The translations under genes and the position numbers were made by a program. The notes beneath the pieces are model-generated. The model worked only from the letters and a program-made list of their open reading frames with translations, was not told where the DNA came from and did no database searches. A DNA stretch of 64,000 nucleotides. Origin: Leptolyngbyaceae cyanobacterium (GTDB lineage Bacteria > Cyanobacteriota > Cyanobacteriia > Phormidesmidales > Phormidesmidaceae). Shown piece by piece: positions 1-9,734 of the stretch. The stretch lies in the NCBI GenBank assembly GCA_965263355.1, contig CBDHHL010000032.1:1088001-1152000 (forward strand). Reading direction: 5' to 3'. How positions within the stretch are numbered: the stretch's first letter is position 1; every line of letters starts with the position of its first letter.

Positions 1-388
1 CCGGCACACGCCATTGGCTTACATCGATTCTGCGTGGTTGCCCAGGTTGCCAGCGTGGATAGCTATCCCCTAGATATAAAACCAAATCTGGTGCACCAGC
101 GGTTTCTGTATCTTTTTCAATTAAGCAACGTCCCAGAGAACTAGCAATCTGGTCCATATGCACACTAAACCAGACATACAAAATAGCTGTGAAAAGATCG
201 CAGATTGTTGCGTGGTTAATGCCTTCCCAGCCCATTTCGGTAATGAGTAGATAGCCTCGATGAAAAAATAGACGATACTGCTCAGGGGGCAAGTTATCAC
301 GGTGGCTGGCATAGTCTGCCCAGTCAGCTTGTTGCCAGGTTGCCACGCAAGGCTTTTCGTTGACAGTTAAAACAGCAGATATTGTCAT
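1..388 (-). CDS. Uma2 (DUF820) family PD-(D/E)xK endonuclease, runs off the window edge
   Basis: Manual translation from ATG at 388: MTISAVLTVNEKPCVATWQQADWADY...EMGWEGINHA...AGAPDLVLYLGDSYPRW...WRVP; typical cyanobacterial Uma2 motifs; not in the ORF track because it is open at the edge. Confidence 0.8.
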   Translation of the reverse strand, partial: MTISAVLTVNEKPCVATWQQADWADYASHRDNLPPEQYRLFFHRGYLLITEMGWEGINHATICDLFTAILYVWFSVHMDQIASSLGRCLIEKDTETAGAPDLVLYLGDSYPRWQPGQPRRIDVSQWRVP

Positions 389-425
389 TGGCTTTGCCAC
401 AGTTGTGATTATGCCTACAGAAACC

Positions 426-713
426 TCAATTTGCTTTTAGTTTCTGAACCGCGTTTCTAAAGCCTAGCACTACCAAAATATTGGAGAGCGTTAGAAAAAA
501 CTCCGCGCTGCCATGGAGCCAGTCCACATTGGCCAATTCCAAACCGTAGACTTGCTGAGCATAGATACCGGCTGGAATGGTTACTGCCACAAAGATCAAT
601 AGCACATAGAAACCAATCAAGGCTAACTTAGGAGTCTGGCCCGACTTGGTCAAAAAATAGAGAAACCCCAGGTAGGGAAATAGGGAAATCGCAAACAACA
701 TTTCTTTAGACAT
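426..713 (-). CDS. DUF3593 family small membrane protein
   Basis: LFAISLFPYLGFLYFL...LANVDWLHGSAEFFLTLSN; overlaps the upstream DUF2499 gene by 8 bp, the usual pairing. Confidence 0.8.
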   Translation of the reverse strand: MSKEMLFAISLFPYLGFLYFLTKSGQTPKLALIGFYVLLIFVAVTIPAGIYAQQVYGLELANVDWLHGSAEFFLTLSNILVVLGFRNAVQKLKAN

Positions 714-1002
714 GGGCTTGTCTCCAGATGTACCAAGCAGCAGCGCAGGCAGTACAGTTGCCGACCACGGTCATCGCTGCCTGTAAAAACACTAGCCAAC
801 TGAGGGATGGTGAATTGTCGAAAAAATGCCAGGTGCAGGCACACATGGCACTGATCAAGGCTGGCAACATGCCAAAGGAAAGCCACTTCCAAGCAGACCA
901 GCCACTGACGTCGGCAAATTGCCAGATAAAGTAAATGGCGGCGATCCATTCAATCACGCTGGAGATATGGACCATCCAGGTCGGTATCGAGAGGGCATGC
1001 AT
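706..1002 (-). CDS. DUF2499 / Ycf49-like membrane protein
   Basis: MHALSIPTWMVHISSVIEW...MLPALISAMCACTWHFFDN; start placed at ATG 1002. Confidence 0.85.
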   Translation of the reverse strand: MHALSIPTWMVHISSVIEWIAAIYFIWQFADVSGWSAWKWLSFGMLPALISAMCACTWHFFDNSPSLSWLVFLQAAMTVVGNCTACAAAWYIWRQAHV

Positions 1003-1115
1003 ATTTGTAGAAGGGCGTTGGGCAATGGCAATGGGCTCTAAGGTGGGCATTGCCCACCGTTCGGGCACAGGTTCGCGATAATCTTAACAAGATAGTAAGG
1101 AACAATATTACAAAC

Positions 1116-2174
1116 ATGCGGGCAGTGTTGTGTGGCTACTATGGCATGGGCAACGGTGGTGATGAGGCTCTATTGGCCACACTGTTACAGCTTTTACCCA
1201 AAACGGTGACTCCCATTGTGCTATCAGGTCATCCTCAGGAAACAGCGCAGCGATATGGCGTAGAAGCTGTGCCTCGCAAATCCTTGCCTGCAGTATGGTC
1301 TGCCCTGAGACGGTCCCATGCTTTTATTTGGGGGGGGGGGAGTCTGATGCAGGATGCCACCAGTGCGGTCAATCCGCTGTATTACGGTGGGTTGATGAAA
1401 CTGGCCCAAGCAATGGGACTACGTACGATTGCTTGGGGCCAAGGGATTGGCCCACTAAGACGACGCAGCAGCCAGTGGATTACCCGTTGGGTTCTAAAGA
1501 ACTGTGATGCAATTAGTGTTCGGGATGGAGCATCAGCTCAGTTGTTGGCGGATTGGGGAATTGATTATAAATTAGCTCCAGATCCAGTTTGGGCACTGAA
1601 GTCTGAATATCTAACGGAGGATGCCGATTTGCCCAAACCTCGGATAGCTGTGGTGTTGCGGGGCCATGGGCAGCTGACGCCTAGGCGACTGGCCAATTTG
1701 ACTAGGGCCATTGTGGATTTTCAGACGGCTACCCAAACCTGTGTAGTTTTGTTGCCGTTTCAACCGGTGAAAGATGGCGCGATCGCAACCCACATTGCCC
1801 AACAGCTCAATGGTCCCCACAAAATTATTCAAATAGACAATCCAGTCCAACTCAAGAGTATTTTTAGTGGGATTGAAATGACAATAGCCATGCGGTTTCA
1901 CGGTGTTGTTATGGCGGTTGCCGAGGGCTGTCGCTGTTTTGCCATTAGCTATGACCCTAAAGTTACCCAGATTATGCAAGAACTGTCGCTACCGGGCTGG
2001 GGACTCTCGACCCAAGACCCACTACCATTAATACCCGACGATGCTCTAACTATGACCCAGCAATGGTTGGAGCATTATGCCAATGGTGATGGATTAAGTG
2101 AAGTGCAAATCCGTTCTTATGTTGAACGGGCCCTAATTCATCGCACATTATTGGAGCAAACTCTCTGTCCATAA
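1116..2174 (+). CDS. csaB: polysaccharide pyruvyl transferase CsaB
   Basis: MRAVLCGYYGMGNGGDEALL, WGGGSLMQDATS, ISVRD, AMRFHG, AISYDPKV motifs. Confidence 0.9.
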   Translation: MRAVLCGYYGMGNGGDEALLATLLQLLPKTVTPIVLSGHPQETAQRYGVEAVPRKSLPAVWSALRRSHAFIWGGGSLMQDATSAVNPLYYGGLMKLAQAMGLRTIAWGQGIGPLRRRSSQWITRWVLKNCDAISVRDGASAQLLADWGIDYKLAPDPVWALKSEYLTEDADLPKPRIAVVLRGHGQLTPRRLANLTRAIVDFQTATQTCVVLLPFQPVKDGAIATHIAQQLNGPHKIIQIDNPVQLKSIFSGIEMTIAMRFHGVVMAVAEGCRCFAISYDPKVTQIMQELSLPGWGLSTQDPLPLIPDDALTMTQQWLEHYANGDGLSEVQIRSYVERALIHRTLLEQTLCP

Positions 2175-2421
2175 GGTTTCTCGGTTGAGATTTGGAAATC
2201 CCATAACCTTTAGATACGTCCGATAAAGATCTATCCGATAGCACATGTCTTTGTGTAACTTTTTAATACATTTTAGTGATTGGGATATTGCCTGAATATG
2301 CTGATTTATCAATGATTCCTGGTAATAAGTTGTGCTCAATCAAATTTTCTGTGTTAACAATATGGGGAGATTGGCGTAAGATGCCTTCGTCTCCGCTTAT
2401 CATTGCGGTGCTCCAGAAATA

Positions 2422-3762
2422 ATGTTCAAATCAGCTACACCAGACGATAGGTTTGCCAACAACAGGAACCAAACCCAGGACGTTTCGTCCCATGGGGCAG
2501 AATTGCCTGGTGAAAAAAAAGACAACAATAGCTGGCAGACCGTTCATTTTCCAGGCACGGTTCCAATTGAGCAAATCTCAGGGGTAACACCTAACGTGCA
2601 AATTAACGCTATGGACTCTTCTAGCATACAATCAGTCGGTAGTACTTTTGAATTATCTGCGTCTAACCCCTCTACTGTGGAGCAGGCTATCAGTCAGCGT
2701 GAAACTGAGTTGCTCAATCTAGTGCGGGATCTAAATGAATGCAACGATGTGCTGTTGACTAAGGTTGCTCAATTAGAAGAGTCTTTAGAGCGATCGCAGG
2801 CTGCCCTTCAAGCTGAAATTGATCGTGCTGGAGGAGATCGAATTGCTGACCGAGACATTGTTCAGTTGGTAACCGAGTTAGACCAAAGTAATCAGGCTTT
2901 ACAGCATCACCAGATGCTTAATCAGACACTGCAAACAGAGCTGACTGCATTTCAAGAGCGAGCTAAACAGGTGGAATCTGAGCACAAAGCGCTATTGCGG
3001 CAGCATACAGAGCAGTCCCAGGAACTCTTGCAAGCCAATACTGACTGTCGTGATTTGAGGGCGCGTCTACAGCGACAACAGCGCTATACCTTGCAATTCA
3101 AAGCTGCCCTTGAAAAGTGTTTAAGCATGTCAACAGAGTCCCAAAACAGTTCTGTTCCTGCTATCGATCCATTGGGCGTAGCGATTCCCAAAGCCGATGA
3201 AATTCGTCCTTGGGAATCTGCGTTAGGCCATACTCGCCTGGATACTCATCTAGCATCCATGATTCGTGGTCTCAACAGTGATACTGATGCCGAGGTTACT
3301 GTGGCCACTATAGAAAATGAGGCAGAAGATCAGTTATGGCATGATTTAGCTCGGGTGGTGGGTCCAGATGAGTCCGTTTCCGAGGTTGAGGTACAAAGCA
3401 CTGCCTCTGAGGTGCAAAGTACTGGCACTGCTGCCTCTAATGTTGAAGAGTCTCCACAGTTTACGGAACCGTCTCCTTGGATTGATAAATCGAGTGACTC
3501 CAGCGCACAAAATAATGAGTTAGAAGAGGATAGACAAGTTCCCTCTCAACTATCACCTGAGGCTAACGAAATCTTGGCTCGAGTTCAAGCTGCTAAGTCT
3601 ACTTCAATGGCGGATACCTATCTTCCTGTTATGTCTGCTCAAGGAAGTCCATCACCCTTAGTAAAGCCATTGCGACCGCAGAAACGAATTAGCTCTTTGT
3701 CCGCGATTGATCTACCAAATTTTCCTCGCCTGAAAAAACAACCTCCTACAGCAAAGGCTTAA
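2422..3762 (+). CDS. cyanobacterial coiled-coil protein, function unknown
   Basis: 446 aa; long heptad-rich region ending RLQRQQRYTLQFKAALEKCL, acidic low-complexity linker, C-terminal PSPLVKPLRPQKRISSLSAIDLPNFPR. Confidence 0.75.
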   Translation: MFKSATPDDRFANNRNQTQDVSSHGAELPGEKKDNNSWQTVHFPGTVPIEQISGVTPNVQINAMDSSSIQSVGSTFELSASNPSTVEQAISQRETELLNLVRDLNECNDVLLTKVAQLEESLERSQAALQAEIDRAGGDRIADRDIVQLVTELDQSNQALQHHQMLNQTLQTELTAFQERAKQVESEHKALLRQHTEQSQELLQANTDCRDLRARLQRQQRYTLQFKAALEKCLSMSTESQNSSVPAIDPLGVAIPKADEIRPWESALGHTRLDTHLASMIRGLNSDTDAEVTVATIENEAEDQLWHDLARVVGPDESVSEVEVQSTASEVQSTGTAASNVEESPQFTEPSPWIDKSSDSSAQNNELEEDRQVPSQLSPEANEILARVQAAKSTSMADTYLPVMSAQGSPSPLVKPLRPQKRISSLSAIDLPNFPRLKKQPPTAKA

Positions 3763-3986
3763 GGGAAACTTTACTGACAAATTCCAAAAATAAAAACTTT
3801 TTGCTGGTCAACTTGGGTTAGACTTTGTTAACTTCTGGCCAATATGGTGTGAGGGAAAAGTGGCAATTCCTTGCTACTGCTAGTTCGCAGGTGCATCTGA
3901 ACTGCTCTGTAGGCATTATTGATAACTAATCCTGCGATTTGCCTGAGCCCATCAGGTTGAGATTGCATCTTACTTTTTTCAATAAA

Positions 3987-4214
3987 ATGAGTCCATCCTC
4001 TTTAAAGGCTGTTTTAGAAAACTCTTCCTCAGATAAGTCTGTTAGTGAGGCCCATATCGCGACAGCAATTATCCATGTCATTGAGTCAGCTCGTTCCCAG
4101 GGGCAAAGCCTTGATGATGTTATTACTGAGTTAATGGTTGATGATGCCCTGTTGGATCATAAGAGTCGGCATCTGCTTGGGGATATCCTGACACAGGCGT
4201 GGAATAATCTTTGA
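3987..4214 (+). CDS. small hypothetical protein convergent with hetR
   Basis: Helical ORF HIATAIIHVIESARSQGQSLDDVITELMVDD...LGDILTQAW; ATG 3987 preferred over the TTG at 3939. Confidence 0.65.
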   Translation: MSPSSLKAVLENSSSDKSVSEAHIATAIIHVIESARSQGQSLDDVITELMVDDALLDHKSRHLLGDILTQAWNNL

Positions 4215-4262
4215 AAGAGGAAAATAAACGAGGGATGACTGCAAAGTATAGCCCTTGCTAGA

Positions 4263-5195
<933 letters not shown>

Positions 5196-5477
5196 TTAGG
5201 GATAGACGCACGCTGATAAAGCGTATAGCACTGATTTAGTTTACTGGTTCGTTAAACTATTAGTGGAACTAGGCTACCTCAAGAAGTACCAATTATTGTT
5301 GATTTGTTAATCAGCAAGAGATACTTCGATAGTGATAGCTGATTTCCTCACTAGCTTGTAACGGTTAGCGTAAAACTTTTTCTGATTAATATCTATAGCG
5401 TTTTGTCTAGCTTTTTGCTGTGTTTTGTCTGGCCTTTTGCTAAAAAAGTTGATTTAGAGGACCGTTGACATGGTTGG

Positions 5478-5711
5478 TTAAGCCATTAGACGACCACTAC
5501 CACGGTAAGCTTGGTCATTCATAATGCGACCACTGCCACGGTAGGCTTGTTCCATTTGAATACGGCCACTGCCACGTTCAGTTAGTTCAGTTGTAATGCG
5601 ACCACTGCCGCGCTCGTTTACTAATAAATTAGAATGATTAGTAGCTAGTCCTAAAATGTTCAAAACGCTGATGGTAGCAGCAATTGACATTACCGATAGA
5701 GAAATTCTCAT
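5478..5711 (-). CDS. patX: PatX-family heterocyst-inhibiting peptide precursor with four RGSGR motifs
   Basis: 77 aa; hydrophobic signal-like N-terminus followed by ERGSGR, ERGSGR, YRGSGR, YRGSGR; lies between an FAD oxidoreductase gene and hetR, the known patX neighbourhood. Confidence 0.9.
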   Translation of the reverse strand: MRISLSVMSIAATISVLNILGLATNHSNLLVNERGSGRITTELTERGSGRIQMEQAYRGSGRIMNDQAYRGSGRLMA

Positions 5712-5741
5712 GGGTCAGAAAATGAGTAGTATTGCTACTTT

Positions 5742-5829
5742 CTGATTACATGGAATTGACAAATGACTCAGGAAAAACTATGTGAAAAAAGTGTGGTTAA
5801 GAATACTGATTTTTAGTACTGTATGTTAC
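5742..5829 (-). promoter_or_regulatory. putative patX promoter: NtcA box plus DIF1-like motif
   Basis: GTA-CTGTATGT-TAC (GTA-N8-TAC) at 5816-5829; on the minus strand TCCTGA (5773-5768, one mismatch to TCCGGA) then 18 nt then GTAATCAG (5749-5742). Confidence 0.6.
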
Positions 5830-7622
5830 ATCTCATTAATTACTTTGAGATGATTTACTAGAAACCAGTTGCCGCCTGCATTGTAAATGCCATGAACTGC
5901 AATATTGCTACCATTAGCAATGGTTCTTAGCTGGTTGGCAGCCCTGGGCGATATGGCCACCAGGCTAACAACATGGGGAGAATGGTTAACTATGCGCCGT
6001 AATTGATGGCTGTTGTTCTGTCCTTCCTGATACTGACCGTAGACAGTACTAGCGGTGGGGGCTGAAATGGGTTGAGCTTGATTTAAAGAACCTGTGAAGC
6101 CGCTGGTGGGATATGACTCTGGCGCACTCAAATATGCGTTCTGTTGTTCTAGCCAGCTGGGGTTGGTCGGTAATAGATCAAAGCAAGGGGCAAGCATGAC
6201 CGGGGCTTGAGGGTCTTGCAATAGGGTTTGCTGTAGGTGTTGTATGGGTAAGTGACGGGGTTGGCATGGCGTTTGTACACATATGGCGGCAGCGGCTCCA
6301 GCTGCTTGCCCTATACCCAATACGACGGGTTGTAATCGGGTAGCACCGTTAGCAATGTGGCTGACGGAAATATTTTTATCACAGGTTAATAGGCCATCCA
6401 TATCGGCTGGAACTAGGGCTCTATAGGGAATGGTAAATGGAGTGCCCGTCCAGCGGCCTCCCCAGCGAATGGCTTTAAGGGCCAGGGGCATTTTAAAACC
6501 AGGATAATGGTGATCGTTAGGATAGTTACCGATTGCGATCGCATCTACCACACCCTTCTCAGTCACCGGTAACGGTGCCACCTGTCCTCCGGGTACTGGC
6601 AAAATATCTTGCTCAGTCACCGTTGTTATGCCGATCAAGCGACGACTCTCACGATAGTAAGGATAAAGCGCAAATCCACCGCCACCGGGGGTGCTATCTA
6701 GAGCAGGAAAGACATCTTCTGCTAGGCCATAACGTCTTCCTAGTTCAGTCTGAATAAAATAGGCAAACTGTTGACTGTGATTTTTGGCCTCCTGCCAGTA
6801 ATCATAACGAGCTGCTTCAGATTTAATCAGACGCTCCAGGCCGATGCCATAGTCATTGCCTTGCTGCGGCCAGTTGAGCATAAAACGATTGCCCGGTAGC
6901 CGCCCATAATTAAGAAACTGTTCTGGCCCATAGCCCTCCCAGGCACCTGTAAATGCCGCTTGAGCACCTGTGGAGTCAATCAATGGTGCTGTTTCCCCTG
7001 CGCCATAATCTTGCATGACCACGATCCAAGTGGGGGACTGGACCGGATATTTTTTTATGGCCGGAGACAGTGGATCGGTCGGGTCAGTTAGGGATTTAGG
7101 CGCACTGGGTTCTTGCCATTGGTCCTGGGTTTCCCAGCCCCAGCGATGGGGGATATCTCCCAGGGCCAGCAAATCCCCTAGTTCAGTGCCGTCAATCGTA
7201 ATTTGGGCCTCTACAGTAAATTGGTCAAAAGCTACCCCTGTGACTCGGTTGCCCGAACGCAGTACCGCCCGAGGGCGATGGCCCCAATGCCAGGTCAGGT
7301 TTGGTAGAGCTTTAACCCAGTTGGCAAAAATGCTGGCCCCAATGGCTGGATCATAGGTAAAAAAACTTACCCAGCCATGGTGTAAGCCTCCTGGCTGGCG
7401 TTGTTTTAGTTCTCGTAGAAATGCCCCCCACAGGCCGGTCTGAAAGGCAGTTAGCTCATTGCCATCTGGGGCACTTACCCCAGCAGCGGTGAGCATACCT
7501 CCTAGCCAGGGCCATTCGCTGACTAACAAGACCTGAGCACCTAGTCTAGCGGCCTGGATAGCAGCAGCTGTGCCGCCTGTGCCGCCACCGACTATGAGGA
7601 CTTCGGTTGTTAGCTGTTCCAT
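5826..7622 (-). CDS. FAD-dependent oxidoreductase
   Basis: Rossmann motif VLIVGGGTGGTAAAIQAA; IDGTELGDLL, YYRESRR, KNISVSHIANGATRLQP motifs of the FAD_oxidored family. Confidence 0.9.
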   Translation of the reverse strand: MEQLTTEVLIVGGGTGGTAAAIQAARLGAQVLLVSEWPWLGGMLTAAGVSAPDGNELTAFQTGLWGAFLRELKQRQPGGLHHGWVSFFTYDPAIGASIFANWVKALPNLTWHWGHRPRAVLRSGNRVTGVAFDQFTVEAQITIDGTELGDLLALGDIPHRWGWETQDQWQEPSAPKSLTDPTDPLSPAIKKYPVQSPTWIVVMQDYGAGETAPLIDSTGAQAAFTGAWEGYGPEQFLNYGRLPGNRFMLNWPQQGNDYGIGLERLIKSEAARYDYWQEAKNHSQQFAYFIQTELGRRYGLAEDVFPALDSTPGGGGFALYPYYRESRRLIGITTVTEQDILPVPGGQVAPLPVTEKGVVDAIAIGNYPNDHHYPGFKMPLALKAIRWGGRWTGTPFTIPYRALVPADMDGLLTCDKNISVSHIANGATRLQPVVLGIGQAAGAAAAICVQTPCQPRHLPIQHLQQTLLQDPQAPVMLAPCFDLLPTNPSWLEQQNAYLSAPESYPTSGFTGSLNQAQPISAPTASTVYGQYQEGQNNSHQLRRIVNHSPHVVSLVAISPRAANQLRTIANGSNIAVHGIYNAGGNWFLVNHLKVINEM

Positions 7623-8365
7623 TACAGGTACGGTGTTACGTCCTCACCCAGGTCATCGGCCAGGTGCGACAAGGCTCGAAATCTAAGGCCCACTAGCTGT
7701 TCGTACAGGGGGTTGAGCTTGCACATGGGTGGGATATGGACGACTTTTTTGCCAAATAGGGTGACATCTTGCTCAAAGGGGCATTGGGATGGAATCATTT
7801 TGCAGACAAAGCGCGCCAGACGAGTGTCCTGTACTTGTAACTGGTCCAGCCACTCACGCATGGGTTTGAGTGGATCGGGACCTGTTTTAGGAGCGGGGGG
7901 GGTTAGGGGACTTGCGGCAGCAGCGACGGGCACTGTTTCTTTTTCGTCGGTCAGGCTTGTGCCGGGTGGGACTTCTTCTTTGATCTGACGTAGGTTGTAC
8001 AGGGTAGATTGGAGGGCCTGTAATACGGCAGTATCAAGGTTAAGGGCCTGACAAAATTCCATCAGAACTTTGTCTTCGGCGGCGGAGTAGAGGCCGTCTG
8101 CGATCGCAACCATCACCGCCATCCGCAAAAAGTTTTCTGCAGCTACTGGATTAGGTTTAAGTACAGCCGCTAATTCTACCGGGGTAATCGGCTCAAATGT
8201 CTCAAAATCCAAACCTGGCGCAAAGTCCTCATCCATCATGGTATGGATCAGCTCTTGCTCTTGGGCATCAAACTCACCATCGGCCCAGGCAATGGCCAAC
8301 AGCCCGCGCAACCAGGCTTTAATCTGTTCTTCAGTGTAGAGAGAGTCCTTTAATGTAGAAGACAT
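7622..8365 (-). CDS. TerB-like domain plus 'Mo-dependent nitrogenase C-terminal' domain protein
   Basis: AWLRGLLAIAWADGEFD...MVAIADG (TerB-like); CKMIPSQCPFEQDV...HIPPMCKLNPLYEQLVGLRFRALS; stop overlaps the start of the FAD oxidoreductase. Confidence 0.85.
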   Translation of the reverse strand: MSSTLKDSLYTEEQIKAWLRGLLAIAWADGEFDAQEQELIHTMMDEDFAPGLDFETFEPITPVELAAVLKPNPVAAENFLRMAVMVAIADGLYSAAEDKVLMEFCQALNLDTAVLQALQSTLYNLRQIKEEVPPGTSLTDEKETVPVAAAASPLTPPAPKTGPDPLKPMREWLDQLQVQDTRLARFVCKMIPSQCPFEQDVTLFGKKVVHIPPMCKLNPLYEQLVGLRFRALSHLADDLGEDVTPYL

Positions 8366-8424
8366 AGCCAGCCTCGAAAAACATCAATCAAATGTCTGCC
8401 AGTGGAGGTAAACTACCTCAACGG

Positions 8425-9021
8425 CTACGGAAGAGCAGGCAACTTGGATGATAGCTGAGCCAACTCCGATCCAGTTTTACCAGTAAATACCCATAAAATT
8501 GAACGGCCTCCGTCACGCAAACTCCTGAGTAGTGGTTCTGGTGGGCGTTCAGAGGCGACTGGTAAAGGCTTGTAATGAATACCACGACTACCCAAGACAA
8601 TAGTGGCAATGGTATTGGCTCGTCGCATATGGTAGTCCGATGTAATTAAATAAACGCTTTTGATCCCCATTCGCTCAAAATCGTCCACTAATGTGGTGAA
8701 ATTAGTCACCGTATCGACGGCCCGATAATCTAGGTGTAGGCGCTCCAGGGGTACCTCAGATTCTTGAAATACCCAGGTAGAATATTCAGGATTTGCCCCC
8801 GATGAAATCCACACATCGATATCGGGATGTTTAGTGGCGAATTCAGCGGCAAATTCTTCGCGCTCGGCATCGCCGCCGAGTACCAGTGCAGCGGTTGGCG
8901 ATGATAGGCGACTACGTATGTGCCATTGGCCAAGCCATAGCCCTGTCGCTACCAGCAGCAAGGAGACTAAGGTTAAGCGACGATTTTTGCGACGCGCATT
9001 AGGCACAGATGGATTCCTCAA
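8425..9021 (-). CDS. YdcF / DUF218 family protein
   Basis: N-terminal TM helix, LVLGG, AVDTVTNF, LITSDYHMRRA. Confidence 0.85.
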   Translation of the reverse strand: MRNPSVPNARRKNRRLTLVSLLLVATGLWLGQWHIRSRLSSPTAALVLGGDAEREEFAAEFATKHPDIDVWISSGANPEYSTWVFQESEVPLERLHLDYRAVDTVTNFTTLVDDFERMGIKSVYLITSDYHMRRANTIATIVLGSRGIHYKPLPVASERPPEPLLRSLRDGGRSILWVFTGKTGSELAQLSSKLPALP

Positions 9022-9184
9022 ACTGGACTAGTGAGCTAAAATAGTAATTTTGAACTATAAGTGAGTAGATGTGCGTAGCTGGAAGATTCTTTATTCTAAA
9101 GGAGGCTAGCATACTCGTTTGGGAAAATGTGCGCTTGTTTTAACAATGGCCCCTCTCTTCCCCCAGCCCCTTTGCCCCGAGCCC

Positions 9185-9568
9185 ATGACCGATCCAGACC
9201 TTTCCTTTTTATCAGGCCGCAACCGTCTCATTCCTGAAACATTGCTGCAGCGGGCGCGCGATCTTCGTCAGCGACAGACTACAGCAGAAGCGATCTTATG
9301 GGAATGTTTGCGATCGCGTCGATTGTATGGGTTTAAGTTTCGGCGGCAGCACAATATTGGTTCCTTTATTGCTGATTTTTATTGTCATGAGGCGAGGCTG
9401 GTGATTGAAGTGGATGGCTCGGTTCATAAACAGCACCGGGAAAGGGATGCGGAGCGTGATGCGTGGATGCGGGCTTGTGGGTTGACGGTATTGCGGTTTG
9501 AGAATAGGCGAGTGTTTGATGATATCGAGGGGGTGTTGGGGGAGATTGGGCAGTGTTTTTGGGAGTAA
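9185..9568 (+). CDS. DUF559 (Vsr/very-short-patch-like) endonuclease domain protein
   Basis: RARDLRQRQTTAEAILWECLR...FRRQHNIGSFIADFYC...LVIEVDGSVH...RDAERD...GLTVLRFEN. Confidence 0.9.
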   Translation: MTDPDLSFLSGRNRLIPETLLQRARDLRQRQTTAEAILWECLRSRRLYGFKFRRQHNIGSFIADFYCHEARLVIEVDGSVHKQHRERDAERDAWMRACGLTVLRFENRRVFDDIEGVLGEIGQCFWE

Positions 9569-9589
9569 TGGTTTGGACTGTAGGATTGA

Positions 9590-9714
9590 CCTCATCCCCC
9601 GGCCCCTTCTCCCCGAGGGAGAAGGGGCGGTTAGGTTTGACTTAGTTTATTTGCATGAATAGTGTCTCCAGTCTCAAAGTCTCTCTCCCCAGGGAGAGGG
9701 ATTTAGGGAGAGGG
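9590..9714. repeat. REP/REPIN-like doublet: two inverted ~38-bp hairpin units around a spacer
   Basis: CCTCATCCCCCGGCCCCTTCTCCC-CGA-GGGAGAAGGGG (9590-9627) and AAAGTCTCTCTCCC-CA-GGGAGAGGGATTTAGGGAGAGGG (9676-9714). Confidence 0.75.
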
Positions 9715-9734
9715 CCAGAAATATTACAAAATAA

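Noticed and set aside
2255..2269. NtcA box upstream of the coiled-coil gene
   Set aside because: Spacing is GTA-N9-TAC, not N8.
2422..3762. SepJ (often next to hetR)
   Set aside because: Coiled coil present, but there is no C-terminal DMT permease domain and no recognisable SepJ N-terminus.
7622..8365. Nitrogenase component
   Set aside because: The domain name is historical; no Nif motifs or nif genes are in the window.
9655..9734. N-terminus of the transposase as given by the ORF track
   Set aside because: It is read through the palindromic repeat (SLPRERDLGRG) and is not transposase sequence.
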